From Pyrodictium occultum (GTDB taxonomy: Archaea > Thermoproteota > Thermoprotei_A > Sulfolobales > Pyrodictiaceae), in assembly GCF_001462395.1 (NCBI RefSeq), contig NZ_LNTB01000001.1:1350001-1382000 (forward strand): a stretch of DNA of 32,000 nt, written 5' to 3'. Positions 1 through 7,429 of this stretch are shown piece after piece. The translations under genes and the position numbers were made by a program. The first letter of the stretch is position 1; the number at the start of each line of letters is the position of its first letter. The notes under the pieces were generated by a model. The model saw only the letters and a list, made by a program, of their open reading frames with translations, did no database searches and was not told the origin of the DNA.

Positions 1-25
1 GCCCCCGGGAGGCGGGGTTCCTGGC

Positions 26-445
26 TTGCGCTGCCGGGGCCGTGTAGCGGTCGTGGTCGGTAGTAGGAGCGACTTGGAGTATGCGGAGCGTGCCGAGAAG
101 GTGCTGCGTGGGGCCGGCGTGGAGGTTGAGGTCCGGGTTTTGAGCGCGCACCGGGACCCGGAGGCTCTCGACGAGTTTATCCGGTCTAGCTGCGGCAGGG
201 TGGACGTCTACATCGCTATGGCCGGGCTTTCCGCCGCGCTCCCCGGGTATATTGCCTCGAGGTGCGGTAAGCCTGTCGTGGGCGTCCCCCTGCCGGTGGG
301 CCCGTTGAAGGGTGTTGACGCCCTCCTCTCCATCGTGCAGATGCCCCGGGGTGTGCCGGTGGCCTCTGTGGGCATCGGCGCCGCGGAGAATGCTGCGCTG
401 TTCGCCCTCCGGGTCCTGGCCGCCGGGAGCCGCTGCGGGGAGTAG
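26..445 (+). CDS. purE: N5-carboxyaminoimidazole ribonucleotide mutase / AIR carboxylase catalytic subunit (PurE)
   Basis: 139-aa ORF with a TTG start. Family-typical strings are present: VAVVVGSRSDL, VLSAHRDP, AMAGLSAALPG, PVVGVP, QMPRGVPVA. The stop is followed by a T5 run. Confidence 0.9.
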   Translation: MRCRGRVAVVVGSRSDLEYAERAEKVLRGAGVEVEVRVLSAHRDPEALDEFIRSSCGRVDVYIAMAGLSAALPGYIASRCGKPVVGVPLPVGPLKGVDALLSIVQMPRGVPVASVGIGAAENAALFALRVLAAGSRCGE

Positions 446-447
446 AG

Positions 448-457
448 CTTTTTATCC
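448..457 (+). promoter_or_regulatory. TATA-like box for hypA, doubling as the oligo-T terminator of purE
   Basis: CTTTTTATCC sits immediately after the purE stop and about 50 nt before the hypA TTG. It is the only AT-rich element in this spacer. Confidence 0.45.
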
Positions 458-501
458 ACGCGCTGGTGCACCTCTCCTTGTCGCGGGGTGCGCCCAGGGC
501 T

Positions 502-921
502 TTGCACGAGTGGGCGCTCGTGAACGCGATAATAGCGGAGATAGAGGACAAGGTGCGCCAGGGCTACGGGGTGGAGGAGGTCAAGATTATCCTCGGGGAG
601 CTGCAGAACGTCGACCGCGGCGTTGTCGAGGCGTACCTGGGGAAGGCTCTCCCCGAGATAGCCCCCGGGGCTAGAGTGGTCTACGTGGAGGAGCCCGCCA
701 GGTTCCGCTGCAGGGTCTGCGGCTACGAGTGGGGCCTCGACGAGGTGGAGCTGGACGAGGAGACCCGTGAGGCCATCCACTTCGTGCCGGAGGCCGTCTA
801 CAGCTTCGTCCGCTGCCCCCGCTGCGGGAGCAGGGACTACGATATAGTCCAGGGCCGCGGGGTTAAGCTCGCCCTGGCCGTTAGGAGGAAGGGCGAGGAG
901 GCGGCGGGAGAGGGGAGGTGA
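502..921 (+). CDS. hypA: [NiFe]-hydrogenase nickel-insertion metallochaperone HypA
   Basis: The track ORF is 466..921. I place the start at the in-frame TTG at 502, which gives the canonical N-terminus M-HEWALV (Ni-binding MHE). The zinc site is CRVCG...CPRCG. A TATA-like TTTTTATC lies at 449..456. Confidence 0.85.
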   Translation: MHEWALVNAIIAEIEDKVRQGYGVEEVKIILGELQNVDRGVVEAYLGKALPEIAPGARVVYVEEPARFRCRVCGYEWGLDEVELDEETREAIHFVPEAVYSFVRCPRCGSRDYDIVQGRGVKLALAVRRKGEEAAGEGR

Positions 922-929
922 GCCCGGGG

Positions 930-1688
930 ATGGCGCGTGGAGAGGCCGTGCTCGACCCCAGGCTGGCCGGAGCGAGGCAGATGCTCTCCAGGGTCAGGGC
1001 CGTGGTCCCCGTTATGAGCGCTAAGGGCGGCGTCGGCAAGACCCTGGTGGCGGTGATCGCCGCGCTCCACGCCGCGAGGCGGGGTAGGAGGACCGGGCTC
1101 CTCGACCTGGACGTGACGAGCCCCTCCGCCCACATAGCCCTCGGCGTGGACCCGGGGAGCCTGCAGCCGGAGGAGAAGAACGGCGTAGTCCCCCCGCTCG
1201 TGGCGGGCGTCAGGTTCATGACAGTGGCCTACTATACCTGGGACAGGCCGACGCCGCTCCGCGGCCAGGCCGTCGACGACGCTATCAGGGAGGTGCTGGC
1301 AGTCACCAACTGGGGGGAGCTGGACCTGCTGATAGTCGACACGCCGCCGGGCCTCCGGGACGAGGCCCTGGACACGCTGGAGTACCTGCCGGACCCCAGG
1401 GTGGTGGCTGTCGCCACTCCCTCGAGGCTGGCCCGCGCCGGGGTGGAGAGGCTGCTAGCCCTGCTGGAGGAGCAGGGACAGCCCCGCTACCTCCTCGTCA
1501 ACATGTACGCGGGGGGCGACGGGCTCGAGGACCTGGCCGAGAAGTACGGGGCCAGGTACCTGGGGAGGGTGAGGCTCGACCCCTCCGTCGAGGAGGCCCT
1601 CGGCGACCCCGAGAAGTTGCTCTCAACCGGCATGGCCAGGGACGTCGCGGAGGCGGTTGACAGGCTCCTCGAGGACCTCGGCATCTAG
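930..1688 (+). CDS. Mrp/MinD-family P-loop ATPase, probable ATPase-type HypB partner of HypA
   Basis: Deviant Walker A SAKGGVGKT and a DTPPG motif are present, with no C-terminal CxxC Fe-S motif. ATG 930 is preceded by GGAGGTGA (914..921) at an 8-nt spacing. The alternative GTG 918 would overlap the hypA stop as GTGA. Confidence 0.8.
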   Translation: MARGEAVLDPRLAGARQMLSRVRAVVPVMSAKGGVGKTLVAVIAALHAARRGRRTGLLDLDVTSPSAHIALGVDPGSLQPEEKNGVVPPLVAGVRFMTVAYYTWDRPTPLRGQAVDDAIREVLAVTNWGELDLLIVDTPPGLRDEALDTLEYLPDPRVVAVATPSRLARAGVERLLALLEEQGQPRYLLVNMYAGGDGLEDLAEKYGARYLGRVRLDPSVEEALGDPEKLLSTGMARDVAEAVDRLLEDLGI

Positions 1689-1713
1689 CCCACGCCGCGC
1701 CGCCGGCCCCGGG

Positions 1714-2154
1714 CTAGTCCCCGGGCATCGGGTTCTCGTAGAGGGGGCGCCCCATCCTAGTGGGAGGGGCTAGCCAGTCCACCACCGCTCTCGGGTCCCT
1801 GTACTCTACGATGAAGGTTATCGGGCCCATCGCCGCCTCCGCGTCCATGTCTACGAGGCTCAGCCTGCCCACATAGGCCGCCTGCTTGTTTATCTTAAAC
1901 ACCAGCACGCCCTGGTCGATGCCGTGGAGCATGTAGCTGCGGGCTGCGTCCAGGATCCTCTCGCGGCGGAGCAGCTCGTGGAGCCTCAGGAGGCTGCGGA
2001 GGCTATAGGCCTCCGCCACGACCAGCCGGTAGCCGCGGCCCAGGTCCTCAACCCACATCCTATCGGGCGTGAACACGTTGAGTATGGCCCGCTTGACCTT
2101 CTCGACATCCTCCGTGGGCCTGGCCTCCGCCTCCACCCTGACCCGTGTCTGCAT
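1714..2154 (-). CDS. UPF0201-family small protein (COG1931-like, function unknown)
   Basis: The track ORF is 1714..2199. I prefer ATG 2154, giving MQTRVRVEAEARPTEDVEKVKRAI. The PTED..KV N-terminal signature matches UPF0201 as I recall it. AGGGGTG lies upstream of this ATG. Confidence 0.65.
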   Translation of the reverse strand: MQTRVRVEAEARPTEDVEKVKRAILNVFTPDRMWVEDLGRGYRLVVAEAYSLRSLLRLHELLRRERILDAARSYMLHGIDQGVLVFKINKQAAYVGRLSLVDMDAEAAMGPITFIVEYRDPRAVVDWLAPPTRMGRPLYENPMPGD

Positions 2155-2210
2155 GCCCTGGGCCACACCCCTGCCCGGCGACCCCGGGTGCGCATCCACC
2201 GGGGCCGCTC

Positions 2211-3254
2211 CTATCTAGGCTCCGGGGGCTTGAGGGCGTGGTCCTCGAGGAGCCCGGGGTTCCGGAGCTTAAACCTCTCCTCGGCCGCCACCAGGCCCCG
2301 CTCGTGGTAGCCCCGGGCCTCCCAGTAGCCGTCCACGTAGCTCTCGAGGACGTGTATCTCCCGCAGCCACTTGACGCTCTTCCAGCCGTAGAGCGTCGGG
2401 GCGAGCAGCCTCACCGGGGCGCCCCGCTCCAGGGGGAGGGGCCCCTCCTCGAGCCCCACGGCGAGGTAGGCGGCCTCGAGGGCCAGGGGGAGGGGGAGGA
2501 CAGCGGAGTAGCCGCCCGCGCTGCGGGCCAGGAGCCACCCGTCCCCGGGGAGGGGGGCGCGGGCGGCGCGGAGGACCTCCCCCAGGGGGGCGGCGAGCCA
2601 CTTCCGGGGCCCGACGCTCCAGCCGGTGACGCAGTGCAGGTACAGCAGCCTCCACCCTGCCCTCTCCTCGATCAGCTCCTGGCCCAGCCGGCGGCGCCCG
2701 CCGGGGGTGTGGACCAGTATCTCCCAGGCCCTGGGGGCCCTGGCGGGGAGGCCCTCGACCGCGTAGGTTACGAAGCGGGGTATCCTCCCCTGCCCCGCGG
2801 GCTCCCCGTCGGGCTCCAGGATGGGCCTGCGGAGCAGCACCGGGGGCCGAGGCGCCTCGCCCACCTCGACCGCTCCGCCGGCGAGGGCCTCCCGCGCCCC
2901 TGGCACCGCGTCCAGGGGCGCCACGAGGGCGGCGGCGAGCACGCCTCCACGGGCCTCCACGAGCCTCGCCTCCCCTCCCCCGCGGAGCCGGAGGATATGG
3001 ACGGTGTACCTCCTCCTGGCCAGTGGCTCGGCCTCGTAGCTCTCAGGGCCCTCTGGCTCTAGGCGTAGGGATAGCTCCCTCGATAGGAGGCCCAGCAGGC
3101 CTTGGAGGGCCTTGAGGGCCTCGCCCCGGGAGTCCACGGTGCCCGCCGCGGCGCAGTCTGCCACGACCACCGGCCTGGCCTCGGCCAGCGTGTTTACGTA
3201 GACCCGGCAGCCCGTCACCTCTGCGGGCACGGAGGAGCCGCCCTCCTGCTCCAC
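2211..3254 (-). CDS. Sulfite-oxidase-fold molybdopterin-binding domain protein with an N-terminal extension of about 150 aa and unknown function
   Basis: The C-terminal ~190 aa carry LYLHCVTGWS, PVRLLAPTLYGWKSVKWLREI and GYWEARGYH, typical of the oxidoreductase Mo-binding domain (YedY/MsrP/SUOX family). No signal or Tat motif is present. GTG start. Confidence 0.7.
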   Translation of the reverse strand: MEQEGGSSVPAEVTGCRVYVNTLAEARPVVVADCAAAGTVDSRGEALKALQGLLGLLSRELSLRLEPEGPESYEAEPLARRRYTVHILRLRGGGEARLVEARGGVLAAALVAPLDAVPGAREALAGGAVEVGEAPRPPVLLRRPILEPDGEPAGQGRIPRFVTYAVEGLPARAPRAWEILVHTPGGRRRLGQELIEERAGWRLLYLHCVTGWSVGPRKWLAAPLGEVLRAARAPLPGDGWLLARSAGGYSAVLPLPLALEAAYLAVGLEEGPLPLERGAPVRLLAPTLYGWKSVKWLREIHVLESYVDGYWEARGYHERGLVAAEERFKLRNPGLLEDHALKPPEPR

Positions 3255-3262
3255 GGGGCCTT

Positions 3263-3928
3263 CTAGGCTTCAAGCCTTGCGACGTACACGGCAGGGTCCT
3301 CGGCGAGCGCCGGCAGCTCCTCCAGGAAGCCGCGGAGCCTCGACGCGGGCACCACCGGCACCCCCTCGGCCAGCCTGGGGGCGTGCTCCCTGAGCACCAG
3401 GAGGGCCGGGACTATCCTCCACCTGCCGGGCGGGAGGCCGAGCCTCCGCCAGTGGCGGATAAGCCTACCAAGCCTCTCCCGGTGCCTGGCCGCCGCCGCG
3501 CGGAGCCTAGAAGGGGTCGAGACCCTAGGACTCCAGTGTTTGCAGTCCACAGCCACCGCCAGCCCGGCGGCCGCGTCAAGGCCCAGCACGTCCAGCTCCA
3601 GACCCCCGGGGCCGTGGACCCGGAGGCCCTGGAGGGCCTCGAACCCGGCCTCCGCCAGAGCCCGCGCGGCGTATTCCTCGAACATCCTCCAGTCCAGGTG
3701 CCGGGCAACAGCGGTCTCGGAGACGCCCAGCTTGACGGCGGCGAGGGCCAGGGCCAGCGGGTCGTCCACGCAGGCCGCGTCCCCCTCCAGCCTGAGGCCG
3801 CCGGCGCCGGCGAGCCTCGCGGCAGCCGCCTCCACGAGCCCGGGACGGAGGAAGAGCCTGGCAGCCATCTCGCCGAGCGGGGTGCAGCCCCTCCCCCTCT
3901 CGAGCAGCAAAGCCGCGACCGCCGCCAC
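3263..3928 (-). CDS. PD-(D/E)xK (Mrr/restriction-endonuclease-like) nuclease-fold protein with an N-terminal winged-helix-like region
   Basis: 221 aa. The core is FEEYAARALAEAGF...GGLELDVLGL...AVAVDCKHW, which fits E...D...(D/E)xK. The N-terminal ~90 aa is helical and wHTH-like. GTG start. It lies 8 nt upstream of the Mo-domain gene on the same strand. Confidence 0.55.
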   Translation of the reverse strand: MAAVAALLLERGRGCTPLGEMAARLFLRPGLVEAAAARLAGAGGLRLEGDAACVDDPLALALAAVKLGVSETAVARHLDWRMFEEYAARALAEAGFEALQGLRVHGPGGLELDVLGLDAAAGLAVAVDCKHWSPRVSTPSRLRAAAARHRERLGRLIRHWRRLGLPPGRWRIVPALLVLREHAPRLAEGVPVVPASRLRGFLEELPALAEDPAVYVARLEA

Positions 3929-4007
3929 CGGGAGCGCCGAGGCACCTCCCCGGTGGAGCCCCAGGGCCCAGGGGCGCTATAGGGACGCCCGCGCTGCGGG
4001 GCCGGGG

Positions 4008-4027
4008 GCTATGCCTGGCTATGCCTG
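4008..4027. repeat. Perfect tandem 10-mer (GCTATGCCTG x2)
   Basis: GGGGGCTATGCCTGGCTATGCCTGGGAGGGGG lies in the spacer between the Fe-S subunit stop (4123) and the nuclease-fold gene start (3928). It is flanked by G5 runs. Confidence 0.9.
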
Positions 4028-4122
4028 GGAGGGGGCTTGCGGAGCCCCACGGGCAGGCTGCCTGGCCCCCGGGAGGCTGATGGAGAAGAGGGGTGGGGCT
4101 GGAAAAGCGGCTGGGCGTGGGG

Positions 4123-4767
4123 CTACCTCTTCTTCTGCGGCGGCACCGTGTAGACTCTCGGCCTCGTGGGGCCGAGGACGCCCCCGACCGAGCCCGGCCT
4201 GGCCTGCCCTGTCCTCACCAGCCTCGCAACAGGGTCGTTGGGGTCGTCGAGGTCGCCGAACATCCTGGCGCCGGTGGGGCAGGTCTCGACGCAGGCCGGC
4301 AGCTCTCCCCTGTCCACCCTGTGGGCGCAGAGGGTGCACTTGTCCACTGTCCTCGTGAATGGGTTCACGTGGCGGGCGCCGTAGGGGCAGGCAGCGATGC
4401 AGTAGCCGCATAGGATGCACTTCTCCGGGTTCACCAGCACTATGCCATCCTTCCTCTGGTAGCTGGCGCCGGTGGGGCAGGCGGCCACGCATGGGGCGTC
4501 GTCGCAGTGCTGGCACATGATATGGTATACTGTCATGTCGCCGTCTCGGTAGACGCGGTGGGTCCTCGTGCGGAGCCACAGCAGCTCGTGGATCAGCGTC
4601 TTAGCCTCCTCGGGGCTCTTAGCATTCTCCGCGAGCCCGAGCAGCTTGGCCACCGGCGGCGGGTTGTAGTAGATCGGGCTGTTGAGGTTCTCGGCCACGC
4701 ATGCTGCTGTGCAGGCGTTGCAGCCTATGCACTTCTCCAGGTCTATGACCATTATACGCCTCGTCAC
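4123..4767 (-). CDS. Mo/W-bisPGD oxidoreductase iron-sulfur (beta) subunit, 4x[4Fe-4S] ferredoxin type (PsrB/PhsB/TtrB-like)
   Basis: Four Cys groups are present: CIGCNACTAAC, CQHCDDAPCVAACP, CILCGYCIAACP, CTLCAHR...CVETCP. GTG 4767 is preceded by GAGGTG at 7 nt. It follows directly downstream of the catalytic subunit. Confidence 0.9.
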   Translation of the reverse strand: MTRRIMVIDLEKCIGCNACTAACVAENLNSPIYYNPPPVAKLLGLAENAKSPEEAKTLIHELLWLRTRTHRVYRDGDMTVYHIMCQHCDDAPCVAACPTGASYQRKDGIVLVNPEKCILCGYCIAACPYGARHVNPFTRTVDKCTLCAHRVDRGELPACVETCPTGARMFGDLDDPNDPVARLVRTGQARPGSVGGVLGPTRPRVYTVPPQKKR

Positions 4768-4779
4768 GGCCAGCCACCT

Positions 4780-7425
4780 CTAGGCCTTCCTTATCTTGAC
4801 CTTGAAGTCGGACATGAGGTGGCTCCCTGCCACGGGCTCCGTGATCAGCGGGGCCAGTTCTGCCAGCGGCGGCACCTCTGCGCTGTAGAAGCGTAGCCTC
4901 TTCCTCAGCTCCGGCTCGGCGCCGTAGTGCGGCGGTATGTAGGCCGCGTCCGGGTGGATCCAGTCGGTCACCCACACCCTTGCCTTGAAGCACTTGCCGC
5001 TCTCGCCGCACACCTCCACCACGTCCCCGGTTCTCACGCCGAGCGCCTGGGCCCTGGAGCTGTGGATCCACACGCTCTCATGCTCCGGCGGCGTGAGCTT
5101 GGCCGCGAGCAGCGGGTTGTCATAGGTAGACTCGTGGCTCATGGTGGGCACCTTGCCCGTTATCACCACGAACTCGTCCCCGCCCAGCTGCCCGCGCATC
5201 CACCTTGGGGGCACCCATGTGGGGAACGGGTGCCACTCAGGCTTCAGCGGGAAGCCGCGCTTCTTCATGAGCCCCAGTATCTTGAGCGGGAGTATCTCCA
5301 CCTTGCCCGTCGGGCTGTTGAGCCAGCCGTTCTCCAGTATCTTCCTGTTCATCTCCAGGCCCCACTCCTCCGGCTTAATGACTACTATGCCCTCCCTCCT
5401 CAGCTTGGCCAGGTTCAGCCCCATGCACTTGGCCTGCGCCTCTATTATACCGGACATGAACTCGTCGTGGCGCCTCGTCTGCAGGTAGCGGCGGGCAGCC
5501 TCGATGAAGCCCTCGGCGCAGCTGGGCATGCCCAGGTGGCTGGCCAGGTGCTCGGCATACTTCTCAACGAGCTCCTCGTCTATCCTGGCAAGTATGTCCG
5601 CTATGATCTCCACAAGCCCCTTGCACTGCACGCCCCGCGGCGGGTCAGCGGCCTTGAATGCAGCGCGTACAGCCTTAGCGGGGGTGAACCAGGCCCCGTG
5701 TATGTTGTAGCTCCTCTCGATGTAGGCGCACTCGGGTATGAACACGTCGCTGTAGAGCACGGTATCGTCCAGATTGTAGCCTAGGTCTATCACGGCATCA
5801 ACTGTGGGTAGTGTGGCTATCTTCTTGAACGCCGTGCCCATCATAGTCTTAGCGGGGTTGGCCCCTATGACCAGTATCACCCAGCCCTTGTCCCTGCTGA
5901 GCAGCTCGGGGAGCTTCTCGGTGTAGTTGAAGCCCAGCGGGAGGAGCGGCCCCTTGACCTTGGTGCCGTCGCTGAGGGTTATCTCGGTGGAGAGATCCGC
6001 CTTCTGGACGACCGAGGTCGGAGGCAGCATTGGGGGCCCTGCCCTAGAGAGCACGCTGCTTATCCCGGCTGCTGAGAGGACCACGCCGCCCGGCCGGAGC
6101 AGGTTGCCAGTGAGCGCCGCTAGCACTGCTGCCGCGCGGTACAGCTGGAACCCGTTCCAGTACTTGTTCGAGTTCCAGCCGGTCTCGATCGCCGCCGGCT
6201 TTGTCGTGGCGAACTCTCTTGCAATCCTCCTGATGGTCTCTGCCGGCACTCCGGTTATCCTCGAGGCCCACTCGGGGGTGTACTGCTTCACGTGGTCGCG
6301 GAGGGCCTCGAACACCGTGCGCACCGGCTTGCCCTCATACTCGCGGGCCCCGGGCGGGAGCTCGAGCGCCGGCATCAGCGCCTCGCTAGCCCACCTGAAC
6401 TCCCTAGAGGCTAGGTCGTAGACCAGGAAGTCTACCAGCTCCACCTCCTTACCGGCTATGTTCTTCTTGATGCTCCTGGTCTTCACCGGGGCTAGGCCGT
6501 CACCCGCGATTATCATAGGCGCGTTGGTGTACTTGGCCAGGTACTCTCTGTCGTAGAGCCCCTCGCTCACTATCACGTTTATCATCGCCAGGAGGAACGC
6601 CAGGTCGGTGCCAGGCCTGATCTGGATCCACTCATCAGCCTTGGCGGCCCACTCGCTGAGCCTGGGGTCGAGGACCACGAGCTTGAAGCTGCGGATGTTC
6701 TCGCCGGCCCTCCTCGTCTGGTATGATACCGCCACGGCGCCGCCGAGGTTGCGGCCGAAGCTGAGGAAGTACCTGGTCCTCGGGTAGTCCGGCAGGATCT
6801 CGGTGTGCTTGCCTGCTAGGCCGGTTACGCCCCAGGCAGCGCCCTTAGGCATTATGCAGGTCGAGAGCGGCATGCTTATGATGTTGGGGCTCCCCAGGAC
6901 CGCGGCGAGGCTTGCCGAGTGCGGGTGATAGGTAGCACAGCCTATCTGGCCTATGATTACTATGAGCTTGTCCCCCCTCCCCTCCCTGTAGAGCTTGCCA
7001 AGTATCTCCGCGGCCCTGGCCACAGCCTCCTCGTAGTCCGCCTCCCTGAAGCTCCAGGTGCCGCGGGCGCCGCCCGTCCTCAGCAGGGGCCTCCTGGGCC
7101 TATCGGGGCTGAGGGCGCGGAAGACGCCGGCGTTGCCCCGGGCGCAGATTGCCGTCGAGTTCAGCACGTCGGCGTAGGGGTTGCCTATTATCCTCTCAGG
7201 CCTGCCGTCCCTAACGCGGACCATCACGCTGCACGCCGCGGTGCACATCCTGCAGACGTTGGGCACAAGCTCGGCATCCCCGCTGCCCGCCTCGAGCATG
7301 AGGCCCGGGCCTGAGCCGCGCCTCCCCACGCCCAGCTTGAGCGCTTCAGCCGCTGCCAATGCTACGCCGGTGGCGCCCGCGGCCTTGAGGAACTCACGCC
7401 TAGAGAGCTTCGACACGTAGGCCAC
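4780..7425 (-). CDS. Tat-exported Mo/W-bisPGD oxidoreductase catalytic (alpha) subunit, polysulfide/thiosulfate/tetrathionate-reductase-like; substrate not assignable
   Basis: 881 aa. The twin-arginine motif is SRREFLKAAGATGVALAAA. The FS0 motif is C-x2-C-x3-C-x28-C (CRMCTAAC...C). Molybdopterin oxidoreductase strings run throughout, and a candidate Mo-ligand Cys sits in PLSTCIMP. The start may instead be GTG 7416, which has a better SD spacing. Confidence 0.9.
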   Translation of the reverse strand: MAYVSKLSRREFLKAAGATGVALAAAEALKLGVGRRGSGPGLMLEAGSGDAELVPNVCRMCTAACSVMVRVRDGRPERIIGNPYADVLNSTAICARGNAGVFRALSPDRPRRPLLRTGGARGTWSFREADYEEAVARAAEILGKLYREGRGDKLIVIIGQIGCATYHPHSASLAAVLGSPNIISMPLSTCIMPKGAAWGVTGLAGKHTEILPDYPRTRYFLSFGRNLGGAVAVSYQTRRAGENIRSFKLVVLDPRLSEWAAKADEWIQIRPGTDLAFLLAMINVIVSEGLYDREYLAKYTNAPMIIAGDGLAPVKTRSIKKNIAGKEVELVDFLVYDLASREFRWASEALMPALELPPGAREYEGKPVRTVFEALRDHVKQYTPEWASRITGVPAETIRRIAREFATTKPAAIETGWNSNKYWNGFQLYRAAAVLAALTGNLLRPGGVVLSAAGISSVLSRAGPPMLPPTSVVQKADLSTEITLSDGTKVKGPLLPLGFNYTEKLPELLSRDKGWVILVIGANPAKTMMGTAFKKIATLPTVDAVIDLGYNLDDTVLYSDVFIPECAYIERSYNIHGAWFTPAKAVRAAFKAADPPRGVQCKGLVEIIADILARIDEELVEKYAEHLASHLGMPSCAEGFIEAARRYLQTRRHDEFMSGIIEAQAKCMGLNLAKLRREGIVVIKPEEWGLEMNRKILENGWLNSPTGKVEILPLKILGLMKKRGFPLKPEWHPFPTWVPPRWMRGQLGGDEFVVITGKVPTMSHESTYDNPLLAAKLTPPEHESVWIHSSRAQALGVRTGDVVEVCGESGKCFKARVWVTDWIHPDAAYIPPHYGAEPELRKRLRFYSAEVPPLAELAPLITEPVAGSHLMSDFKVKIRKA

Positions 7426-7429
7426 CCCT

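Noticed and set aside
2145-3062. A long plus-strand ORF (305 aa) antisense to the Mo-domain gene. Similar long antisense ORFs occur at 3383..3982, 3540..4358, 4927..5784, 17445..18065, 19297..20298, 20156..21049 and 27200..28240.
   Set aside because: These are stop-poor shadow frames expected in DNA that is about two-thirds G+C. Their translations are Arg/Pro/Gly-rich low-complexity sequences with no recognisable motifs. In every case the opposite strand carries a gene with clear family signatures.
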